50,659 bases of DNA from a virus. Taxonomy: Duplodnaviria > Caudoviricetes. Where the stretch lies: the IMG/VR virus record IMGVR_UViG_3300022699_000112, positions 1-50,659 of that record; one strand, given 5' to 3'. The position numbers and the translations under genes are program-made. Shown here in pieces: positions 1-9,800 of the stretch (the first letter of the stretch is position 1; each line of letters begins with the position of its first letter). Below the pieces are notes generated by a model. That model saw only the letters and a program-made list of their open reading frames with translations, searched no databases and was not told the origin of the DNA.

Positions 1-99
1 CCTACGGCCACGCCATTGGTGGTGCCCACACCGACTGTTTCGAATTGCGTAACTGTGACGATATTGAAATCGTTGCTAACTATATCCACCACTGGAAAA
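1..99. repeat. Terminal direct repeat, copy 1 (circular-assembly overlap)
   Basis: Bases 1-99 are identical to 50561-50659 and the reading frame runs straight through the junction. Confidence 0.97.
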
Positions 100-3000
100 G
101 TAATGCCGCTCTATTTATCAATGGTGGAGGTTATGGACGGGTCAACCGTTTGTTCATAGCCAACAATATCATGTATAATAATTGGGGTGCAGCCCACTGT
201 TTGCAGCTTCAGAATGTCGATACGGTCGAGGTTTATAACAATATTCTGTGGGGAAGTTCTTCTACCGTATGGGGTGAGTTCAGCGTCGCTCCTACGACCA
301 TGACAAACCTGACTCTCCGTAACAACATTATCGGGAGATTCTTCTTCGAACAACAGTCGTGGAATCCGGCTTGGGTAGCCGATCACAACTTCTATGTTAC
401 CGCTAATGGATACATTCCGGGCACAGGAGATATTCAAGGCACCGACCCGGGCTTCACTAATGTTCCAGCAGTTACCGCCACAGCAAACACGTCAGCTACC
501 ATAGCTGATTTCCAACCTCTGAATGAATCAGTAATCACTGTCGATGCCGGTACCACGATCACCAAGGTAGCTTATGATATCCGTCGTTTGGCTAGACCTC
601 AAGGGTCTTCGTATGACATCGGTCCTTTCGAGTACGGCGGCATAGCAGCTACCGGTGCTTGTTGTAACGAACTCACCGGTGAATGTAGTATCACCACCGA
701 AGCTAATTGCCAGCATACTTGGCTCGGAGCCGGAAGCACTTGTGCTGATTGTCACGTCGAAGAACCCACGCCTCTTGAGGGCCTCGTCGTCAGTTACAAC
801 TGTAACGAAGAAGCCACGGACTACACAGCTACAGATGCGTCCGGTCACGGAACCACCGGCTACCTCATCAACACCAATGCCGGATTTGGTGCCGGTCTTA
901 CACGTTTCGATGGTGAGGGTCGCGTATTTTTCGAAAACATCCATGATGGAATAGAGTTAGATACTACCGATATTCAGACAGAACGCGGAAGTATCTGTGC
1001 TGCTATTTTCCCGCAGGTCGTAACAGATACCGTCCAACCTGCCCGGTATGTCTTTGGTCACTCTGTCAATGCTTGGAGCCGCCGAATCCAGATATACATT
1101 CAGGATGGATATCTCCATGTCGGTATGGGCGACAACCACTCAGTCGGGGCCAACGCGTACGCCGTTTCTGTAGATACTTGGTATCATGTCTGCCTGACTT
1201 GGCTTGATAACGGAATTACTATCTCTGACGGGGCGGCTACTGGAACTCTTACCGGTTCGGGTACTTGGCAGTTCTATGTAAACGGAACTCTTGTAACCTC
1301 CGGCACTTATTCTGGTCTGGACTTCTTACAGGCCAAGGTCCGCTTCGGGAACACCGGACTCCAATCCGAACCTTACGATCAGGAAGCCTTTGACGGTTAT
1401 ATGGATAACCTCAAAGTATACGATGTCCCTCTATCGGCTTCACAGGTACTTACAGTAGCCACAAACGATACACCGACTATTGTTCCGGGACCCGAACCGA
1501 TTGAGGCCCCGACAATTACAAACGGGTCCGTATCAAATATCGGCACTACCACGGCCACAATAGCCGGGTCGGTAGTCGATACTGGCGGGGCTAATCCCAC
1601 GGCTATCCTCTATTACGGAACTTCTGATGAGGGGGAGGTAGCTGCTAATTGGGATAGCTCTATCAACTTAGGTACCCAACTCGGCTCTATTGAAGTCGCT
1701 CTCGGGCAGCTTGACCATAACACCACATATTATTTCCGATTCTATGCCTCCAACGAGGGCGGTGAAGATTGGGCAGACAGTACCTCTAGTTTTACTACAT
1801 TGGAGATCACTGCCCCGACCCTTACTCAAAATGCCGCCTCAGATATCGGTACCACCTCGGTAACTCTCTCGGGTACGATAACCGATGAGGGTAACGACAC
1901 GCCCCGCGTATACGTCTACTATGGCGAAACCGATGAGGGTACGGTGGGGGCAAATTGGGACAGTTTTGAACTGACTACATATAATGAATCGGATAACACC
2001 TTTACCATAACCTTAACGGGCCTGACCGCCGACACAACATACTACTTCCGCTTTTACGCGGTAAACGACATAGGTGGTACTTGGGGCAGCAGCACTCTTA
2101 CGTTTGATACGAATCCGTCAGGAGCACCTACTGTAACCAATGCAGTAGCTTCGGATATCGGAGCACATGAAGCCCGCATTGGCGGTACTGTTACAGATGT
2201 CGGTCTTGAGAATCCCACCGTAACGGTTTATTGGGGTACAGCCGATGGCGGGACTACTCCGGGGAATTGGGACAACTCCGCTGCTTTTGGAGTCCAAACC
2301 GGGGCGTTCAATACCCTGCTCACCAACCTCAATCTGGCGACCGTCTATTATTACCGGGCCTATGCAGAGAACAGCTATGGCTCTGATTGGGCTGATTCTA
2401 CGCAGTCATTCAGTACGCTGGAACAGGAACCGATCAGTCCAGACCCGAACGAAAAAGACGACGGTTTTATCTGGGGGTCTTATGATAATGCGTACGAAAT
2501 AGTCACCCCCTATTCATCCGATGAAGCTTTTGATCTGCACAAGGTTTCCCGAGGCGACGTAACCTATATCGCCCACGAAAACCACGCCCCTCGTAAGCTC
2601 ACCCGCTATGGGGATAAGAATTGGGTACTTGAGGTAGTCGATTTTACCGGCGGTCCTTTCCTCGACCTAAACCAAGACAGCACTAAAACGGTCCAATATG
2701 TCAACGGAACCGGAGGTACTTCAGGCAACTACTATACCATAGGCAACACGGGTACATTGGATGCCTCAGGCCATACTCCGTTCTTGGAACAGCATGTAGG
2801 GGCCTTGTGGGAAATCGAACACACCCGCAATGACAACTCCTTGGAGACACCCGACAATACTACCCATGCAACCCCCACGGGTTCAGGCATTAAGTGTAAG
2901 GGTCACTGGCAGTTCGACGTGTCGAATATGTCAGGTGGTACCCCGAACTACACCGCCAAAATCTGGCGTAAAGAGGGCAACGGTAGCTGGCAGGAATACC

Positions 3001-4487
3001 AGCACTACAGTGCCGCTACACTGGACAGCGGGGACGAAGAAGCTGAGGACGTTTACTACACGTTCACTACCAACCACGCCGATGTGAACGGGGTCTTTAC
3101 GGCCACGAATCAAACCAACAAAGGCATAGTAAAGATCACCTCTTATGTTTCGTCGGCACAAGTAGCGGTAGAAGTTATCTCTCCAATTTATCAAGAAAGC
3201 GGAACTTCATCGGCTACTCCTATGTGGGCTGAGGGTGCTTGGAGCGATTACCGAGGCTACCCTAAATCCGTAACATTCTTTGGAAATCGTCTCTGGTGGG
3301 CTGGGACGACAAACAACCCACAGACATTATGGGGTTCTAAAGTCGGTTATTATGAAGACCACACCAAGGGTGAAGCAGACGATGCAGCCGTAATCATAGG
3401 TATTTCTGATAACGATGTGTCTTCTATTGAGTGGATATCGGCCTCTCAGAACTTCATGGTGGGTTCTGCTCGCAAGGAGTATATTATCTCGGCGGCAGAC
3501 CGGAATGACCCGATCACCCCGGACGACAACATCGCCAAGCCCCACTCCACAAATGGTTCAATGCACATTCAGCCGGTGGAATTCGGTGGAGGCATGATGT
3601 ACGCTCAGCGGCTTGGTTACAAGATGCTAGTACTCCACTATAAGTATTTAGACGATGCCTACGATTCCGCAGATGCTACGCGACTGGCTTCACATATGTT
3701 CAAATATCTACCGGTCGATATATCGCGTCAGGGTACCCCAGAATCCATTATCTGGGTAAGCCGGGCCGATGGTACCCTCTGTTCATTTAGGTACGACAGA
3801 GACGAGGAAATCGCGGCGTGGAGCCGTATTGTGACTGGTGATGTTTCAGCCAGCCCCACACACGCCATACTGTCCTCGGCGGTCGTAGCCGGAACCCAAG
3901 AAGACAGAATCTGGACACAGGTTGAACGGTACGTCGATGGGGAATTCCGCTATTACATTGAGCGGTTCTCGAATCGCACATTTACCTCTCTTACCGAGGG
4001 TAACTATCTCGACAGCATCCGCACCAGAACTGCGGACAGTCTAGGTCGTCTTACTCGACTGTATGGCCTTGAGGGGCACACCACAACAGTAATGCAGGGG
4101 GCTACTAAGATCGGTACCTACACTGTTCAAGATGGAATGATTACAGGACTGACGGCTAACCAGACATATACAGTCGGTTTACCGTATTCGGCTCATCTAA
4201 AAACAATGCAGTTCGCTGTTCCCGGAGCCGTAGTAGAGGGCAACATTAAACGGATAACAAACATCCTTATTCGTTACGTCCAGACGGAGGGCGGGCAGGT
4301 CGGAGCCATATCCCACGGCCAGAATAATCTGGTTGATCTGGATGCTTCATTCTCTCTATCTTCGGACGATATTGAAGTGTTCTCCGGGGGAGGTTTTGAC
4401 AAGGACGGTCGTCTGGCCCTATACTTCACCGAACCTTACCCGGCTACAATACTGGCGGTCGTGTTTGAGATCGAGATCATTGCATGA
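3..4487 (+). CDS. 3' part of giant virion protein (starts at 48388, 2219 aa in total): end of beta-helix, Cys-rich module, LamG domain, three FN3-like repeats, then C-terminal ~664 aa of tail tubular protein B (nozzle)
   Basis: In frame with 48388 across the overlap. Motifs: DIRRLARPQGSSYDIGPFEY (beta-helix end); LamG-like WYHVCLTW...FDGYMDNLKVYDVPLS; three repeats of TxYYxRxYAxNxxG; from nt 2493 YEIVTPY...GDVTYIAH...GYPKSVTFFGNRLWWAG...AWSR, typical of podovirus nozzle proteins. Confidence 0.88.
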   Translation, partial: YGHAIGGAHTDCFELRNCDDIEIVANYIHHWKSNAALFINGGGYGRVNRLFIANNIMYNNWGAAHCLQLQNVDTVEVYNNILWGSSSTVWGEFSVAPTTMTNLTLRNNIIGRFFFEQQSWNPAWVADHNFYVTANGYIPGTGDIQGTDPGFTNVPAVTATANTSATIADFQPLNESVITVDAGTTITKVAYDIRRLARPQGSSYDIGPFEYGGIAATGACCNELTGECSITTEANCQHTWLGAGSTCADCHVEEPTPLEGLVVSYNCNEEATDYTATDASGHGTTGYLINTNAGFGAGLTRFDGEGRVFFENIHDGIELDTTDIQTERGSICAAIFPQVVTDTVQPARYVFGHSVNAWSRRIQIYIQDGYLHVGMGDNHSVGANAYAVSVDTWYHVCLTWLDNGITISDGAATGTLTGSGTWQFYVNGTLVTSGTYSGLDFLQAKVRFGNTGLQSEPYDQEAFDGYMDNLKVYDVPLSASQVLTVATNDTPTIVPGPEPIEAPTITNGSVSNIGTTTATIAGSVVDTGGANPTAILYYGTSDEGEVAANWDSSINLGTQLGSIEVALGQLDHNTTYYFRFYASNEGGEDWADSTSSFTTLEITAPTLTQNAASDIGTTSVTLSGTITDEGNDTPRVYVYYGETDEGTVGANWDSFELTTYNESDNTFTITLTGLTADTTYYFRFYAVNDIGGTWGSSTLTFDTNPSGAPTVTNAVASDIGAHEARIGGTVTDVGLENPTVTVYWGTADGGTTPGNWDNSAAFGVQTGAFNTLLTNLNLATVYYYRAYAENSYGSDWADSTQSFSTLEQEPISPDPNEKDDGFIWGSYDNAYEIVTPYSSDEAFDLHKVSRGDVTYIAHENHAPRKLTRYGDKNWVLEVVDFTGGPFLDLNQDSTKTVQYVNGTGGTSGNYYTIGNTGTLDASGHTPFLEQHVGALWEIEHTRNDNSLETPDNTTHATPTGSGIKCKGHWQFDVSNMSGGTPNYTAKIWRKEGNGSWQEYQHYSAATLDSGDEEAEDVYYTFTTNHADVNGVFTATNQTNKGIVKITSYVSSAQVAVEVISPIYQESGTSSATPMWAEGAWSDYRGYPKSVTFFGNRLWWAGTTNNPQTLWGSKVGYYEDHTKGEADDAAVIIGISDNDVSSIEWISASQNFMVGSARKEYIISAADRNDPITPDDNIAKPHSTNGSMHIQPVEFGGGMMYAQRLGYKMLVLHYKYLDDAYDSADATRLASHMFKYLPVDISRQGTPESIIWVSRADGTLCSFRYDRDEEIAAWSRIVTGDVSASPTHAILSSAVVAGTQEDRIWTQVERYVDGEFRYYIERFSNRTFTSLTEGNYLDSIRTRTADSLGRLTRLYGLEGHTTTVMQGATKIGTYTVQDGMITGLTANQTYTVGLPYSAHLKTMQFAVPGAVVEGNIKRITNILIRYVQTEGGQVGAISHGQNNLVDLDASFSLSSDDIEVFSGGGFDKDGRLALYFTEPYPATILAVVFEIEIIA

Positions 4488-4954
4488 GATTAGAGAGATT
4501 TAAAGCCGAGCATTGGCATCTGGAAGACCCTTTTGAGGTCCTAGAAGCCCCTGACGACACAGGGGTTAAATTGGCTGAACAGGGTATAGCGTTTACCGCT
4601 TTTGACGGGGATACCCCGGTAGCATGTGGGGGATTCCTGTTCTGGGCTGAGAATGAGGCCGAGGCTTGGATTCGAATCTCAAAGCGAATAGGGGACAACC
4701 TTTATCCGGCATTAAAGGCTATTAGTGACGGACTAGCTATTTTGCGTCGTATATATGACGGACAAGTATTCTGCTGGGTCGATGATTCATGGCCCAAAGC
4801 CCAAAGGCTAGTCCAGTGGCTCGGTTTCAATAAGACCGATACCCAAAAAGAACATGACGGTACAATCTACTTTCTCTGGGAACTAAACAATGGCAGTAGC
4901 ACTTCTGGCAGCAGGGTTGGTAGCCACAGTAGCGGGCGGGATTCAACAGGCTAA
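4484..4954 (+). CDS. GNAT-fold virion-associated protein (T7 gp13-like position)
   Basis: PVACGG..W...AEAW and AQRLVQWLGF pattern; directly follows the nozzle gene. Confidence 0.65.
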   Translation: MRLERFKAEHWHLEDPFEVLEAPDDTGVKLAEQGIAFTAFDGDTPVACGGFLFWAENEAEAWIRISKRIGDNLYPALKAISDGLAILRRIYDGQVFCWVDDSWPKAQRLVQWLGFNKTDTQKEHDGTIYFLWELNNGSSTSGSRVGSHSSGRDSTG

Positions 4955-5387
4955 TCTTGCACGCCAGCAGGCTGAAGCCCAAGCGGAAATCTCCGAATAC
5001 AACGCCGACTGGAAAGAATACGAAGCAGCCCAAAATGTCGAGGGTGCAAAACTCGAAGAACAGCGTGTCGCTAGAATGGCCCGGCTGTTTAAGGGTCAGC
5101 AGCGAGCGGCTATAGGTGCTTCTGGTACAGAATTCACCGGTTCTAACATTGAAGTCCTCGGGGACATTGCATACCAAACACGCCTCGACCAAGACCTCAC
5201 TCTCCGCGAGGGCCTCTTGGCCGGTCAACGATCATCAGCCGAAGCCGATGCTTCCAAATTTGAAGCTCGATGGAGCCGTTTGTATGGTCGTCAAGCTCAG
5301 TCGTCTATCTTCATGGGTACCGCTGCACAGGGACTTGTCGGTGCTGGCAACCTGTGGGGAGCTTTGCCTATGGGTAGGAGATACTAA
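4890..5387 (+). CDS. Internal virion/ejection protein (gp14-like)
   Basis: Hydrophobic Ala/Gly N-terminus, Gln/Ala-rich helix, GQQRAAIGASG motif, synteny. Confidence 0.7.
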   Translation: MAVALLAAGLVATVAGGIQQANLARQQAEAQAEISEYNADWKEYEAAQNVEGAKLEEQRVARMARLFKGQQRAAIGASGTEFTGSNIEVLGDIAYQTRLDQDLTLREGLLAGQRSSAEADASKFEARWSRLYGRQAQSSIFMGTAAQGLVGAGNLWGALPMGRRY

Positions 5388-6874
5388 TGGCCGAACTCTA
5401 TCATTCCAAACAGAACATACCAGTAACCTCCGCACCTCAAATCAACCCCGGTGTGGCCCGTATGGTTACAGATACCGGTCTGGGGGATATCGGTAAGGCT
5501 CTGACTCAACTTGGCAACGACCTGCACCAAATCAACGTCGCCCGACAGACTGCTCGTGCTGTGGCCGCCTACAACACCAAAATGGCCGAGTTCAAACTTC
5601 GTATGCAAACCGCCGACCCCTCTAAGGTAAATTACGATGAGGAATGGAATAAGTTCGTAGCCCAGCAAAAATCTTTAAGCAAGGGCGTTTCTCGGGATGC
5701 AGCTGAAGCTATCGACCTGAAACTCACCGAGTACAACGCACATAACTATGCTGATATTAAAAAGATGGAACTCCAAAATACCCGGGATATGGTTATGGCT
5801 GAAGCCCCCGATGTAATGGAACAGTCCATCATGCAGCAGGTCAAAGCAGAATTTAACAAAGACCCCATGCGGGCTAAACAAGCTGAACGCAACTACCAGC
5901 AGTGGCTAGAGGGAGTCTCCCCCGCTCTTAAACCCGACGAGCGTAAAAAATTCCAGATGGCTTATAAAACCGCACTGGACGAGGGCCGGGCAGAGGAAGA
6001 AAAGCAGAGGGTCCACATGGCTATCATGGCCGACCCGGAGAAAGCTTTGGAGATTATTCCCCAGACAAAATACATGACCCCGGAAGACCAACTCTCCCTG
6101 ATGAAGTCGGCCAAAGCAACGATCTCCCACAAACAGCAGATGAGCGACCTACAACTGGACCAACTGGAAAACCAGCAAGCCGGGGGGGTTCTCGATGAGT
6201 ATCTCAACTCCGGTTCCGTTCCGGTCCAACAGAATGCCACAGAGGATGTCCAAACCCAGATCGACGCGTTAAACGATAAGGTGGCTTCTAAAACCGCTGA
6301 TATGGGCGGGGAACAACTCCACCCCATCTATTACCGGTATCAGGACCGCCTAGAGAAACTGGACACGCTTAGCCAGAAAGAACTCCTTGAAGCCGCTACC
6401 GTCCTGCCTAGAAATAAGGTACAGGAGCTTAGGGATGCCAGTAAGCTTAACGAAACTTTGCTCCCAAAACAGGCAGAGGTTAAGGATACCGTTAAACAAA
6501 TCAACACCGGCATGGGCCAGCTTATGGACGCAGCGGCTAATCTGGACGACCCTGAAACTGCCAAGGTCATGTTACAGGAACTCGAAGAAGAACGCAATCT
6601 TCTTATCAATGAATCCAAACAACGGTACGCCAAGGGAGATAACCGCGTAGACATTAACTCCGATCTAAACTCTGTATTCCAAGCCAAGACTGAGGGTGTT
6701 CTGGATGCGGGCTATCGTTTGCCATTCCGCAGAGGAACCAATCGATTCACCAAACAGCTTGAGGAAAATGCTTCAGAGCGAGAACGCCGCCACGCCCTTA
6801 TCAACCTCCTGATGGCAGGAGACTTTGAGAGAGAAATAGAAGCCGCCGTAGACGCAGGATGGTTCAATGAGTAG
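5387..6874 (+). CDS. Internal virion/ejection protein (gp15-like position)
   Basis: 495-aa helical protein with TAATG coupling, lying between the gp14-like gene and the largest ejection gene. Confidence 0.6.
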   Translation: MAELYHSKQNIPVTSAPQINPGVARMVTDTGLGDIGKALTQLGNDLHQINVARQTARAVAAYNTKMAEFKLRMQTADPSKVNYDEEWNKFVAQQKSLSKGVSRDAAEAIDLKLTEYNAHNYADIKKMELQNTRDMVMAEAPDVMEQSIMQQVKAEFNKDPMRAKQAERNYQQWLEGVSPALKPDERKKFQMAYKTALDEGRAEEEKQRVHMAIMADPEKALEIIPQTKYMTPEDQLSLMKSAKATISHKQQMSDLQLDQLENQQAGGVLDEYLNSGSVPVQQNATEDVQTQIDALNDKVASKTADMGGEQLHPIYYRYQDRLEKLDTLSQKELLEAATVLPRNKVQELRDASKLNETLLPKQAEVKDTVKQINTGMGQLMDAAANLDDPETAKVMLQELEEERNLLINESKQRYAKGDNRVDINSDLNSVFQAKTEGVLDAGYRLPFRRGTNRFTKQLEENASERERRHALINLLMAGDFEREIEAAVDAGWFNE

Positions 6875-9800
6875 ATACCTCGACCAACTGGCCGAACAGC
6901 AACAGGTAGAGCAAAAAGATAAAGTAGCCAAGCTCGACCAGAATATTCGTGCAGGAATCAAATCCGGTATGTCGGTACCGGAGGTCGTGGAGAATCTACA
7001 AATCCCAGATGATGTCAAAAACCCCAACCGGGCTGTAGCCTCTATCGCTATCGCCCAACATTATAATATTTCACCGGAGAGAGCTTATGGTATCTACCCG
7101 ATTTACAAACAGGGACTTTGGCCGGACATTTCTGATGAGGAAGTGGTAAACCGCCTTTATCAATCACCACCAGATCAATTACCCGAGTCTACTGTTACAG
7201 AACAAACTTATGAGCAAAAAGCTGAAGAAACTCTTAAAGATTTCCCTGTATATGCCCAAAAAAGGGAGAAAGCAGAGGAAAAAAATTATCCTAAACCCAC
7301 TGGCAAGAATATGCTTAAAAGCATTTTCATGCCTCCTGACCCAAAAGGGGTCGAGCAGGCTCAAGCAGCGGCACGGGAAAAGGCCCGACGAGCCTTGGAC
7401 GATGAATGGTTTGGAAAGGGCCGCAGTCGCGATCTGGCTCGCGAACAATACTACGATGCCTTGTTTGAAGCTAAGACCCCCGAAGAAAAAGAAACAGCTA
7501 CCCAACAGTACATAGAAGCTCTAAAGCAGCAGCACCAAAACCACCTTAAAGATATCGACCGTATAGAATACCAAATCCAAAACCATACGGAAGATGAGTC
7601 TTTCATGGAACGCAAAGCTCTCGCAGCCAAGCGAGCCGGTTATCGGGCTAAAGGTACTTGGGCTAACGTCCAGCAGCATCTTGCTAAAGGCAACCCGTTC
7701 TTCACTAAAGACAGAGAAAAAGAATTCATTAAAGAGCAACAAGACGCTCAACGGGAAGCCTATGCTAAAGCCAATGCTCCTGAACTCTGGCGGGCTGAAC
7801 TAAACTGGATAGACGGGGTATCGAACAGTATTATTGAAAACGCCCCCACTATGGCTATGGCGGCTGGTGCGGCGGCGGCTGGTGGGGCTGTGGGTGGTCC
7901 CGTAGGTGCCCGGGCTGGCCTCTGGGCGGTTACCTATTCAGCTGAAAGCAGCGAGATATATCAAAGTGCTTTGGAACGAGGTTTTTCGCCAGAAGAAGCC
8001 TCACGTCGAGCACACATGGGCGGGGTTATAAACGCCTCACTGGAAACAGCCGGTGGCGGTGTTACCAAGTACTCACCGTCTCCGGGACTCAAGGGGAAGA
8101 TTCTAAAATACGGAGGTAAACTTACCAAGAACCAACTCCGAGAAGTTCTCGTAGAAGAAGTGCCGCAGGAAGCTGTCAGCACGATTTTAAGCGGTAACGT
8201 ACCCTATGATGTAGATGGTACCGTTGACTACAGTGAGTTTACAAACCAGATGCTGTTGGTAGCCCGTGATGCAGCCTTTACTTCAGCTTTCTATTCTTCA
8301 GTACAGGCCGGGGCTTCTAATCTGGCCGCTATAAAAACGAAACAACAAACAGGATTTGATATCGACGACTTCACCAACTTCGATGATCTAATGAACGATG
8401 TGATAGCTAATGGACAAGAAAGAGACACCGATCTCCAAAGTAAAAAAGACGCTGGCGAATATGTTCCGGGCGAAGAAAAGTATCGTCTCGATAAAATAAT
8501 AGACCATGCCGTTAAGAAGTCTATTCAGATTCCCTCTCCCGACCTCAAAAAATATCCGTACATGCTGGTCCCTAATTCCCGGCTGGAAGAACAGGCTGAG
8601 GGATACACATGGCATATCAAAAACTTCACAGACCCGACCAACAACATCAAGTTTAAATCCTACAAAGAGGGTCTGGCTAAGATGCAGGAGCTTGTGCCGG
8701 AGCATGTCTGGAAAGCCCCTATCCTTGTAGACTTGGAACAAGGCCACCCCATCGAGATCGAAGAAGCCCACAAACAAATCCAAACACCTGACTACACCGA
8801 ACCCCTCGAAGATATCCTTAATGCTCACCGATATTATCTGGTAGACGAGGGAGGCAATAAATACGGCGTGCGTGATGCCGATACCAGTAAGCAGGTAACA
8901 ACCGGGGAAGAATTAGATAAGGCTACTCGTGTTAAAAACATGCGTAACCTTACCCAAGACAAGGGAGTGGTGTCCGACGACCCTCTGGTTCAGGTTCACA
9001 GGTTTACACGTTCACGATTCGATAATGGGGCAGTCCCAAACGTCTATGGTCCTATTTCCGACATGCTGCATCCGGGTGCGGACGAGACTGCCCGGAGTAC
9101 CGCTGCCGGGGCGCTTAACGAATATGTCACTGGACTCCATACCTCACTTGCCCAAGAATTCGGTCAGGTATTTGCAGACCAACAAATCCCACAAGAATTC
9201 AGGGATAGTATACTCTGGCTTCCCAATGAAGTAATTTACAAAAACAAAGACCAGTCTTCCGCAGATACTCTACGCCACATTATGCGTTTGGGGCAGCTTT
9301 ACGGCGAGGGTGCTCAGGCCGATCAATTTCGCAACTGGTCCCGAGACAAGATTAACAAGGTCAAAAAGAACAAACACCGGAAGCCTATTCTGTCCGAGAA
9401 AGACGCAGAACCCGGACTCTGGCATAAACTATGGGACCCCATTGGCGGCACGTCAAAAGACGACTTTGTTTCTTCATTGACCCATATTTTCGGCACGGGT
9501 CATGTTGACGTTTCAGAGCGGATAATGCAGGCCCGTACCCAGACCACTAAATACTTTCTGGGCATGAATGACATAGTTGATAAAATACAACAGGACCTCC
9601 AAATCACCAATCCCGAAAAAGCTGAATGGAGCACCGTTCTCGGTCGTAAGCCCAAACACATTCCAGTAATTGTTGACGGGCAGGAACGTAGTATGACGAT
9701 GGCCCAGCTAATATATCTGGACCTTGCTTCTCGTGACCCCTCCCTATATAACATAATCACGAACGAGGGCATCGCCTTTAAAAATCTCGATCTAGGCCCC

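Noticed and set aside
45-47. TTG start of the 1480-aa ORF
   Set aside because: Artefact of linearisation; the frame is open upstream through the junction to ATG 48388
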